Shown piece after piece: positions 1 through 7,778 of a stretch of 64,000 bases of DNA. Within the stretch, counting starts at the first letter, position 1, and each line of letters starts with the position of its first letter. The notes under the pieces are model-generated. The model did not search any database and was not told the DNA's origin. It was given only the letters and a program-made list of their open reading frames with translations. The DNA is from a virus: the IMG/VR virus record IMGVR_UViG_3300010430_000013, positions 25,734 to 89,733 of that record, one strand, 5' to 3'. Position numbers and translations under genes: made by a program.

Positions 1-1
1 C

Positions 2-76
2 TCTGGATGGTTTTTTGATTTAGAAACATCCAGTGGCACATTTCATGCTGGAATTGGGCAGGGAGTAGTCCATAAT
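2..76 (+). mobile_element. C-terminal end of an intein in gmd
   Basis: SGWFFDLETSSGTFHAGIGQGVVHN|S matches intein blocks F/G with terminal His-Asn and Ser+1, in place of the expected Gmd LFNHE before SPRRG. Confidence 0.85.
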
Positions 77-577
77 TCCCCTCGTCGCGGTGAGAACTTT
101 GTGACTAGGAAAATTACAAAAGCCCTATGTAATGTAGCCAAAGGTGATCTAGCTTATCTCCACATTGGCAACATGGACGCCAAAAGAGACTGGGGACATG
201 CTCGTGACTATGTAAGAGGAATGTATCTGATGCTCCAGCAGGATTCCCCAGAAGACTACGTTCTAGCCACAGGAGAACAGCACAGCGTCAGAGAATTCAT
301 CGAACTAGCCGCTTTAGAGTTAGGAATTGAGATTGGCTGGACAGGCAAAGGACTTAGTGAAGAGGGGTATGTTAAAAGACTGTTCGACACAAAATATGGA
401 GATCCACCACTTGTAGAAGACGAAGTCATTGTGGTTGTTAATGAAGAGTTCTATCGACCGACCGAAGTCGATACCTTGTTGGGCGACCCCAGCAAAGCCA
501 AGAAGGAACTCTCTTGGTATCCTCAGGTTTCATTTAAATCCCTCGTCTCTGAAATGGTGGAAGCCGACTATGACTAA
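2..577 (+). CDS. gmd: GDP-mannose 4,6-dehydratase, C-terminal part (5' truncated), interrupted by an intein
   Basis: Frame open from base 2; SPRRGENFVTRKIT, GNMDAKRDWGHARDYVRGMYLMLQ, DYVLATG, RPTEVDTLLGDPSKAKKEL are diagnostic Gmd motifs. Confidence 0.95.
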   Translation, partial: SGWFFDLETSSGTFHAGIGQGVVHNSPRRGENFVTRKITKALCNVAKGDLAYLHIGNMDAKRDWGHARDYVRGMYLMLQQDSPEDYVLATGEQHSVREFIELAALELGIEIGWTGKGLSEEGYVKRLFDTKYGDPPLVEDEVIVVVNEEFYRPTEVDTLLGDPSKAKKELSWYPQVSFKSLVSEMVEADYD

Positions 578-755
578 CGATAGTCAAGGATATGGAGCAG
601 GAACATGTTTTAGATCTGGCCATGCGTTTGTTAAGATTTATGATAAGTCATACGGGGAAGCTGTGGGTGGACATGAGCCTACTTTTTTTAAAAGTATTGG
701 ATTTGGAACTAAAAACATCCTCATGATAAAAAAGCTTCTACTAAATAAAAAGTGA
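570..755 (+). CDS. hypothetical protein
   Basis: ATG at 570 overlaps the end of gmd; 61 aa. Confidence 0.45.
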   Translation: MTNDSQGYGAGTCFRSGHAFVKIYDKSYGEAVGGHEPTFFKSIGFGTKNILMIKKLLLNKK

Positions 756-791
756 ACTCATTTTACAATCTAGCCAACTGAGCTAAATACC

Positions 792-1010
792 ATGACCAGA
801 CCATATCGGGCGGTGATTGTCCTTGAGACTGACGACGGCTGGTGTGCAGCGGTCGCGGAATATGAGTCAGAGGAACTGTATTACGAGTGTTGCAGCGGTG
901 GTGAGTCATTCCCTGTGCCAGAAAGCGAAATCATGACAACCTGCAGACACCGTCACAGGTCGCCTGCGTCGTGTAGGCGATGTTGCTTACGCATGCAGAA
1001 GACGCTCTAG
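792..1010 (+). CDS. cassette 1 hypothetical protein, Cys/His-rich C-terminus
   Basis: ATG 6 nt after repeat 1; TAG stop lies in repeat 2. Confidence 0.75.
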   Translation: MTRPYRAVIVLETDDGWCAAVAEYESEELYYECCSGGESFPVPESEIMTTCRHRHRSPASCRRCCLRMQKTL

Positions 1011-1051
1011 CCAACTGAGATAGGAAACCAAACGGAAGGAAACGAAACCAA

Positions 1052-1753
1052 ATGTTTAACCCAGAAACCGGAAAACGAATCCACCTCACTCACGGAGCAG
1101 GCAACGGCGTGGATAAAGCCTGCTTAATTACCGCTTCCAACATGCTGATTGGTCGCGGACAAGACGGCGACAACAATAGTTGCGTCTGCCCTGTCCTGCG
1201 GAAATTCATTATCACTACCAACGACTCGATGCCCGAAGATTTGCTCAGCGAACTCTACGGTCCACTCGCATGGGAAATCCTTGGCACCGCAACCGGTGAC
1301 CCTGCAACCGAACAGCAGCGTGCGTATCGCTTTGTGGACTGGGCGGTGCGGGAGATTACACCAATAGCATTAAGGGCATCAGGGATGGGTGACCACGCAT
1401 CAAAGCTGAAGGCGCTGTCGCCAGTGGTAGACCAGCAGACCGCCCGTGCCGTCGCCCGTGCCGCCAGTGCCGCCCGTGTCGCCCGTGCCGCCGCCCGTGC
1501 CGCCGATGCCGCCTATGCCGCCGCCGCCGTCGATGCCGCCGTCGATGCCGCCGTCGATGCCTCCGCTTATGCCGCCGCCCGTGCCGCCGCCCGTGCCGCC
1601 GCCAGTGCCGCCCGTGCCGCCCGTGCCGCCGATGCCGAATTGATCTGGCGAAAGTGCCCTGACATTATCCGCGAGGTAGCTGCGATTGGGGACAGGCGAC
1701 CTGTTGAGACTGTAATTGACCACTGCGATTTAGCAGCCGCTCTAGCCGACTGA
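1052..1753 (+). CDS. cassette 2 Ala-rich repeat phage protein
   Basis: RBS AAGGA; AAxAA low-complexity tract; TGA stop lies in repeat 3. Confidence 0.85.
   Translation: MFNPETGKRIHLTHGAGNGVDKACLITASNMLIGRGQDGDNNSCVCPVLRKFIITTNDSMPEDLLSELYGPLAWEILGTATGDPATEQQRAYRFVDWAVREITPIALRASGMGDHASKLKALSPVVDQQTARAVARAASAARVARAAARAADAAYAAAAVDAAVDAAVDASAYAAARAAARAAASAARAARAADAELIWRKCPDIIREVAAIGDRRPVETVIDHCDLAAALAD
1441..1637 (+). repeat. degenerate GCC-GCC-NNT tandem repeat (coding, AAR/AAD/AAY/AAS units)
   Basis: gccgcccgt / gccgccgat / gccgcctat / gccgccagt units are directly visible. Confidence 0.9.
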
Positions 1754-1783
1754 GCTAGTTAACTAACCAGAAGGGAAATTGAA

Positions 1784-2041
1784 ATGGAACATCACGAAAA
1801 AGCAAACGAGCAGGAAGAACGTATCAAAGCACTCGAACAGATTGCGAGGCGATACCAATTCTTGCTTTCGCAATTCCAAATGCACTCGCCCGACATGGCT
1901 GGAGCGACTCGCTACCGGTTCCGCAATGGTGGCTGGCCTATGACACATTTTTGCGGCCCGACCATCGAGGCGGCGATTGATAATGCGATGTCGGAAGTAG
2001 AGCGGGAAAAAAAAGACACTCTAGCCAACGGAGCTAATTAA
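1784..2041 (+). CDS. cassette 3 hypothetical protein
   Basis: Fills the space between repeats 3 and 4; reads through repeat 4 because its TGA is changed to GGA. Confidence 0.75.
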   Translation: MEHHEKANEQEERIKALEQIARRYQFLLSQFQMHSPDMAGATRYRFRNGGWPMTHFCGPTIEAAIDNAMSEVEREKKDTLANGAN

Positions 2042-2042
2042 C

Positions 2043-2141
2043 ATGAGAATGATTGCAATTGAACTTATTTGTGCCGGATTGCTGATGGCTCTTGGGGTAG
2101 TCAAGTTAATCGAAATCATACACGACGCTCTAGCCAACTGA
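2043..2141 (+). CDS. cassette 4 small membrane peptide (32 aa; not in the ORF track)
   Basis: MRMIAIELICAGLLMALGVVKLIEIIHDALAN*; ATG 6 nt after repeat 4, TGA in repeat 5. Confidence 0.65.
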   Translation: MRMIAIELICAGLLMALGVVKLIEIIHDALAN

Positions 2142-2167
2142 GCTACACAACCAAGAGGTAATAAAAA

Positions 2168-2371
2168 ATGAACAAAATGCAATTGCAAAAGATTTCGAGC
2201 GACGTGTTCACGGTCAGCGTTGGCTGCGTGTCTATGGCGGTAGAGCTAGACAGCGATGACGAGAGGCATCGTCTCGTACTGCGAGACATGGTCGACGCAT
2301 ATAACGATGCCATTGAGTTTCGGACAGCCAAGGAACGGCATGCCGAATCACAATACAACAATACGCTATAG
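2168..2371 (+). CDS. cassette 5 hypothetical protein
   Basis: RBS GAGGT; TAG stop lies in repeat 6. Confidence 0.75.
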   Translation: MNKMQLQKISSDVFTVSVGCVSMAVELDSDDERHRLVLRDMVDAYNDAIEFRTAKERHAESQYNNTL

Positions 2372-2389
2372 CCAACTGAGCTGATAACT

Positions 2390-2596
2390 ATGAGTCGAGA
2401 AGAATATAGAAACTTGGAATACGCACTGGGCGGGCGCAAGGCAGCGGATAGGCATATAGCTTCGCGGTTACGTGAACTGGCGGATATTGTCGAATCAGAC
2501 GAGTGGCCAGACGTGATTAGCTGGCAAGACGATAGAGAGTTTGAGCCAATGATGACGACGGTAAAGCTGACGTTGTCACTGCCGCTGGGCGGGTAG
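2390..2596 (+). CDS. cassette 6 hypothetical protein
   Basis: ATG 6 nt after repeat 6; TAG stop lies in repeat 7. Confidence 0.75.
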   Translation: MSREEYRNLEYALGGRKAADRHIASRLRELADIVESDEWPDVISWQDDREFEPMMTTVKLTLSLPLGG

Positions 2597-2646
2597 CCAA
2601 CTGAGCTAGAAAAAGCTCTAGACAACTAATAAAGGAAACCAAACTT

Positions 2647-3018
2647 ATGTCCAATAACAAACAGCCAAATAGACACGTCTGGTTCTTCCGCCTTGCAGGT
2701 GGAGGAAACCAATGCACTGAATACAGAACTAGTGAAAAAGAAGCCGCGATGCGTCTCTTGCACGACGAATATGGAGAAACCGCAGTCGATGCTGTTCGGC
2801 GGGAGTTGACGTTTTTTGAATACGCTGGACTGCTCCGGTGTAATTACGAGGGGTACGGGCGGCAGGTGTATCAAGCGTTGCAGGACTTCTTTTTTCGGTG
2901 CGACCCGCGAGGACATAAGGGCTTTGACGACGAGACGTTAATCCGGTCGCAGTCCGACATCCAAGCAGGCAGGGTGCTGTCCACGGAGGAATACCTTGAG
3001 GACTTAAGGAAAGACTAA
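2647..3018 (+). CDS. cassette 7 hypothetical protein
   Basis: RBS AAGGA; stop immediately before the last repeat. Confidence 0.75.
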   Translation: MSNNKQPNRHVWFFRLAGGGNQCTEYRTSEKEAAMRLLHDEYGETAVDAVRRELTFFEYAGLLRCNYEGYGRQVYQALQDFFFRCDPRGHKGFDDETLIRSQSDIQAGRVLSTEEYLEDLRKD

Positions 3019-3051
3019 CGTTCTAGCCAAATGAGATAATAAGCATTAAAA

Positions 3052-3089
3052 TGCAAGCGCCGAAGTCGCCCGCCGCTTGTAGTTTTTTT
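3052..3089 (+). terminator. intrinsic terminator closing the cassette array
   Basis: TGCAAGCG...CGCTTGTA stem followed by GTTTTTTT. Confidence 0.7.
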
Positions 3090-3181
3090 ATTGTTGTGCG
3101 ACCAGGAGATAATTTTATAGGAATTTTTTCTGCGCTCATTCTTTTGTTGTTGACTGAAGTTAAACTCTAAGGACCATAAAT

Positions 3182-3427
3182 ATGTTAAATATTCTTGCTG
3201 CTTTCGGTGTGCTGCTTCTAGCGAGTTTTCCATTGATTGTTGGATACAAGATCATTCGATGGGTTCTCACAATTGAAAGAAGAATTGATGTAGTGGCTAA
3301 CGCTATTAACGAAGTGGCTCGCACGCAGATGGCCTCAAGCCCTGCGCTGGCTATTTCATCTGAAACGTCTGAAACTCAAATGGGCTTTGTCCAAGGAACC
3401 TACCATGAAGAAGATGGGAATTCATAA
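3182..3427 (+). CDS. membrane protein
   Basis: RBS AAGGA; N-terminal hydrophobic helix. Confidence 0.7.
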   Translation: MLNILAAFGVLLLASFPLIVGYKIIRWVLTIERRIDVVANAINEVARTQMASSPALAISSETSETQMGFVQGTYHEEDGNS

Positions 3428-3989
3428 TTTCCTGCTATTGGTCTATTTATTTCTGTTTCTCTTTGCGGTGTTTGTGCCGCTCGGCATTTGGAAACTTTTG
3501 GAGATTTTATTCTGATGCCCAGCTATGAACTTGGTAGAGCCACCATTGATTATATTTCTGGTAAAAATTCTGATCCATGCGATAATTGCGGTACCACTCA
3601 TGCAACAATGTATTCTGTTGGACTAGCGAAATCGCCTGGAGAAGAAAAGAACATTTCCTGGACCCTTTGTGTTACTTGTAGATCCCACCTAGAAGGCGTA
3701 TTTAATGAGCACACAGAGGACTGGGATTCAATCTTCTATTAAGTTGAGGTGAAATGATAGACTTAATAAACGCAATAGCTATTGTTGTATTGGTATTCTA
3801 TTGCTTTTATTGGCTACTTTGGATTAGTAAGGTTGAAAAATACATTGACTCTAAGGAAAAAGAGAATGGACAATAAACTAGTCATCACTACAAAAGCGTA
3901 CAGCGAATTAACCTATATTTTGAGGGAGCTGGTAGATGAAATACATGAATCACGCAGATGCTATCTTGTAGATGCTTTAAAAAAACTAG

Positions 3990-4412
3990 ATGATGAGATT
4001 TACACAACAAATCAAGAGGCATGGCAAAATTTTTAATCCATATTCTGATAACAGCTGGCCTTCAATAATCATAGCCCTCGCTTTAGTTGCGCTTTTATGT
4101 GGGTGGCTAATATATTCTCAAGAGAAACCAAAAGGTCCAATCATTCAAACTTGTGAGATGTGTGGGTCTGAATGGGAAGTATATCCTAGAGACCCAAACA
4201 GGCCAGTCCCATCCACTGTGGAATGGTGCTTTAATGATGGGTCATACTGTGAAGAAGGTTTCAAGATGATTATCGAATCAATGGAACACGGAGAAACTCC
4301 TGAACAAAATGTTCAATGGATCAATCATTGTATGAGGTGTAAGGGCTGTAGGTGTGCCGCATTTAGTCCTGAAAGGTGGAAAGAACTAATGGAAGCTTTG
4401 GAGAGAATCTAA
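3990..4412 (+). CDS. membrane-anchored Cys-rich hypothetical protein
   Basis: TM helix, CxxC and CxxCxxCxC. Confidence 0.65.
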   Translation: MMRFTQQIKRHGKIFNPYSDNSWPSIIIALALVALLCGWLIYSQEKPKGPIIQTCEMCGSEWEVYPRDPNRPVPSTVEWCFNDGSYCEEGFKMIIESMEHGETPEQNVQWINHCMRCKGCRCAAFSPERWKELMEALERI

Positions 4413-4552
4413 TGGAATTTTTTATATTTCTGATATTATGGCTAGCGGCTGTCGCGATAGTGTTTATCATGTACTTCATAATGTATGACATGAACAGAAG
4501 ATTTTCAAGGAATGGCTTCCGTAGTTAATTATGAATTAATTGAGATGCAAAA

Positions 4553-4750
4553 ATGAGTAACTATATTGGACTTCAACTTAGAGTTTCTAGAAAATTTCTT
4601 TTTATCCCCAGGAAAGTAGGAAAAAGGCTTATGTGGCTTCGCTGGGTTAAAGAAGTAAATTTTTGGTTTGATCCTCACAATTGCTGCATCCCTAGGTGGG
4701 CTCATGTTTGTTTCTACGTACCGAAGTATCTAAGGATAAATAATGATTGA
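4553..4750 (+). CDS. hypothetical protein (paralog of 5147)
   Basis: KFLFIPRKV..WLRWVK motif shared with the 5147 ORF. Confidence 0.65.
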   Translation: MSNYIGLQLRVSRKFLFIPRKVGKRLMWLRWVKEVNFWFDPHNCCIPRWAHVCFYVPKYLRINND

Positions 4751-4915
4751 GTTTCTAACTTTTTTTGGTGGAATGTCACTGGTGATGCTCGGTATCGTGG
4801 GTGTGTTTTTTACAATACATTTCATCTGTGAGACTTACGATTGGAGAAACAAGACAAAGAACCAAATTTCGGATCTTCAGTCAAGGGTACAAGAACTTGA
4901 AAACAAGGAACAGTA

Positions 4916-5125
4916 ATGCATCACATAACATGCGGCGAATATTGGATTAATTACAATTCAGATTTTAGTGGTGACCTCCACATTAGAAAAGATGATTTTT
5001 TTGTAAAGCTTCCTATGGAACTTTTCGAAGCTATAGTTGCCCAAAAAATTCGAACTGAAATGATTACAACTTTAGAGAATGCTGATAATCAAACAATTCT
5101 TTATGGGAAGAACCATGAAAAATAA
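4916..5125 (+). CDS. hypothetical protein
   Basis: Overlapping stop/start in an operon; YNSDFSGDL. Confidence 0.65.
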   Translation: MHHITCGEYWINYNSDFSGDLHIRKDDFFVKLPMELFEAIVAQKIRTEMITTLENADNQTILYGKNHEK

Positions 5126-5146
5126 CGATATGCTGGTCAAAATGCC

Positions 5147-5354
5147 ATGAGTTTCAGTGAAGAAATTTTAGCACACACAGCAAAAGATGGTCTACTTTCT
5201 GTAGAAGAGAAATTTTTATTTCTGCCTAAAAAAATAGATGGTAAATTTTACTGGTTAAGAAAAGTCAAAATGCTATCGTTTTCAGTGGTTTTGGACGTAC
5301 GGTTCAGAAAATTATCAATTTTATTACATTCCTAAATACATTAAATTACCATGA
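5147..5354 (+). pseudogene. frameshifted paralog of 4553 (extra A at 5267-5270)
   Basis: +1 frame continues CYRFQWFW...FYYIPKYIKLP*, matching the paralog's FYVPKYLRI, and ends in an ATGA overlap with the next gene. Confidence 0.55.
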
Positions 5355-5557
5355 GAGTATATGAACCCGGAACAACCGTATTTATTGGAGATGGTACCAT
5401 TCAAGGAGAGCTTTTGAAGGTGTGTATATGCAATGAAAATTACGTTAAATATCAGGTCGTTTGGTGGAATGGCGGGGAAAGAAAAGTAAAGTGGTTAGAT
5501 TATAGGGAAATTCATACTAACTATAACAGCGAAACCATTAGAATAGACTACGAATAA
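5351..5557 (+). CDS. hypothetical protein
   Basis: Coupled start; compact beta-rich sequence. Confidence 0.65.
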   Translation: MRVYEPGTTVFIGDGTIQGELLKVCICNENYVKYQVVWWNGGERKVKWLDYREIHTNYNSETIRIDYE

Positions 5558-5610
5558 TGGATTTTGGTGTATGTAAGGTATACACCCGACCCACCCGAAA
5601 CAATGGAAAA

Positions 5611-6258
5611 ATGATCATTCTAAGTGACCTACATTTAGGCTCTAATCGTAACTATCTATATAACTTAAACAGGTGGCTAAAAAAGGAGAATAAAGACCAA
5701 GAAGTAGTTCTGCTTGGGGACACGTTCGACGATTATAAGAAAAGGTTTCTAACCTATGACGACTTGGTGTTTCTGGAGAGAGTTAGAGAATTCAATTCAG
5801 TTCACATATTTCCTGGAAATCACGACGCTCAAGTCTTTCGGAATCATTCTCACCACTTTGCGTCTTATTGTGGGAAAATGCACTGCAATCTAGATAACCT
5901 TCCAGTTCATCTAACCCCCAACATCTTGGCCTTGCATGGCGACCATTGGGACAGAACAAACCCAATCCTTATGAGATGCGCAGATGTAGTGTACGACTTA
6001 ATGCTGGCTAATAACAGAACCGGTTACGGCTGGATCAAACAGCTAGCTAAAAGACGCTGCATAAATTCTTTTCTAAAAAATGCAAAAATTTTGTTTGAGG
6101 AAAAGCCTGAAGTAGACTATATATTAGTAGGCCATCTTCATCAGCAACAGTCGTGGGAGCTACTTCCCGGTAAGACACTAGTGTGCTCTGGATGCTTTGT
6201 TGAGGAGGAAACTTTCCTAACTGTCCAGGGCAAAACCATAACCATGAGAAGGTTTTAA
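5611..6258 (+). CDS. calcineurin-like metallophosphoesterase (LpxH-like)
   Basis: SDLHLG, GDTFD, GNHD, HGD, GHLH motifs. Confidence 0.9.
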   Translation: MIILSDLHLGSNRNYLYNLNRWLKKENKDQEVVLLGDTFDDYKKRFLTYDDLVFLERVREFNSVHIFPGNHDAQVFRNHSHHFASYCGKMHCNLDNLPVHLTPNILALHGDHWDRTNPILMRCADVVYDLMLANNRTGYGWIKQLAKRRCINSFLKNAKILFEEKPEVDYILVGHLHQQQSWELLPGKTLVCSGCFVEEETFLTVQGKTITMRRF

Positions 6259-6260
6259 AT

Positions 6261-6806
6261 ATGAAAAAGTTCATTATTTTAATGGCGCTTTTTGCCATGT
6301 CGATTGGCTGTCAGAGAGTTCCGCAGTATACTGTCGAACTAGTAGATGTTGTCCCAGATGCTCCGGGACCTAATCCGACCCCCCGACCAAATTCCAATAA
6401 GGTTCAGACGGGCAGGGTTTACGAGCCAAGAACCTACAAAGAATACAACGATTTAGTCCAGAAGGCAGTCAAAGCTAAGCAGCCTGTCGCGATTAATATT
6501 GGGACTACTTGGTGTGGCTACTGCGTGAAGATGACTCCTCACTTCAAGAAGCTATCTAAAGAAATGACCAAAGTTGTCTTTATTAAGGCTACAGTGGACA
6601 AGTGGTCCGAAGATGATAGAGTCCGACTGACTATCTTGGCAAAGATCAAGGGCTACCCTAAGACCTTTATTAAGTATCCCGACCGAGAATGGAAAAACAA
6701 TACTGGGTATATGGAAGAGTCTGTTCTCCGAAATTACCTCAGCGAACGTTACAATCTAACTAACTCCCTTTATTACGGCGAAAGAACCCTGTTAAATGAA
6801 AATTAA
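6261..6806 (+). CDS. thioredoxin-like lipoprotein
   Basis: Signal peptide with lipobox-like SIG|C, WCGYC active site, GYP cis-Pro loop. Confidence 0.85.
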   Translation: MKKFIILMALFAMSIGCQRVPQYTVELVDVVPDAPGPNPTPRPNSNKVQTGRVYEPRTYKEYNDLVQKAVKAKQPVAINIGTTWCGYCVKMTPHFKKLSKEMTKVVFIKATVDKWSEDDRVRLTILAKIKGYPKTFIKYPDREWKNNTGYMEESVLRNYLSERYNLTNSLYYGERTLLNEN

Positions 6807-7776
6807 ATTCGAAACTCTAGAGAAAAAAGAGTTGTTCGCAATTGACGCTCTTGTAGATCACTTGTCTCAAAATGTGCATGATGCGGTAGCCGACAATGTC
6901 GCTCCGTACGAACAGCACATGTATTCAGAAGACGCTATTCATTTTCCCGGAGCTGGCTATGGAAAAATGTGTACGGCTGGATTTCCTCAGTTTTGCTTTG
7001 GCGATGACTGGTGGGATGAAAACTTCTTCTTGGCTGAGTATGACTTTACGGGAGTTAACTACGGCCCCAAAAGCGGCACAGTAGTAGCACCGGATATTGT
7101 ACTGTCCGCCGAGCACCACGGTAATCTAACCAGCACCAGTTCTCCATTGCCTGATTATTTGTATTTTTATGACCAAGATGGAGTGGAATATCAAAGATCT
7201 ATCGTAGGTCATATGTATGTTCCGGGCTCTGGTGACTTGAGAGTTAATAAGCTTGACTCACCGCTGCCCGCTGAAATCAAGGTTTACAGCTTGCCTGACC
7301 CAGATTTTCATGCTGATGATTATAGATTAGCTAATGCAGTTTACATGGATCAAGACGACAATGTATATATTGGCAAGTTGGCCAATTATACTCCAGCAGA
7401 CGTATCAGACGTTAATGATCAGTACCAGAGATTAATTAAAGATACCGTCCCTTATGTAGACGAATGGGAAGGTGCAGTAGGAGGAGACTCTAGCCATCCA
7501 ACCTTTATCCTCAATGGAAACGGCGAACTGGTTCTGGCATCAGTTATGCACAAGGGACCGTCTCCAGCGGGTCCAGACCTTGGGGACCCTGTGGTTCAAG
7601 CAAATCTGCAATCTGCTATGGCTACTTTGGGTTCTACATATTCCCTACAAACTGTTGAATGGGGAGTTCCTGCTGATTGGGAGGCTCCAGCACCCGCGTC
7701 TGTTGATGCTATATTTGCATCCTTTGAAGAAGTGGGAGGAAGACGAACGCGAACTGTTAGACAGACTTGGTCTTAA
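6796..7776 (+). CDS. trypsin-like serine protease with Planctomycete-type N-terminal motif
   Basis: FETLEKKELFA N-terminus; putative triad LSAEHH / GDLRV / GGDSSHP; C-terminal VDAIFA. Confidence 0.65.
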   Translation: MKIKFETLEKKELFAIDALVDHLSQNVHDAVADNVAPYEQHMYSEDAIHFPGAGYGKMCTAGFPQFCFGDDWWDENFFLAEYDFTGVNYGPKSGTVVAPDIVLSAEHHGNLTSTSSPLPDYLYFYDQDGVEYQRSIVGHMYVPGSGDLRVNKLDSPLPAEIKVYSLPDPDFHADDYRLANAVYMDQDDNVYIGKLANYTPADVSDVNDQYQRLIKDTVPYVDEWEGAVGGDSSHPTFILNGNGELVLASVMHKGPSPAGPDLGDPVVQANLQSAMATLGSTYSLQTVEWGVPADWEAPAPASVDAIFASFEEVGGRRTRTVRQTWS

Positions 7777-7778
7777 TA

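Larger units (their letters stand above)
764..3038 (+). repeat. Array of 8 intact and 1 degenerate direct repeats, (GACGCT)CTAGCCAACTGAGCTA, delimiting single-gene cassettes
   Basis: Core copies at 770-785, 1007-1022, 1742-1757, 2021-2036, 2130-2145, 2368-2383, 2593-2608, 3023-3038 (0-2 mismatches) and a degenerate copy at 2618-2633. Confidence 0.95.

Noticed and set aside
940-1030. Complete tRNA genes on the - strand at the repeats
   Set aside because: Only the D-arm matches; no convincing anticodon stem, T-arm or acceptor pairing
1400-1723. Gly-rich (-) and Pro-rich (+) ORFs at 1400-1723 and 1446-1643
   Set aside because: Alternate-frame shadows of the GCC repeat in the Ala-rich gene
770-3038. 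CRISPR array
   Set aside because: Repeats are only 16-22 bp, spacers are highly variable in length (up to ~720 bp) and encode ORFs, and there is no cas operon
770-3038. Classical integron attC sites
   Set aside because: GCCAAC only loosely resembles RYYYAAC; there is no long imperfect palindrome, no consistent GTTRRRY and no intI in the window
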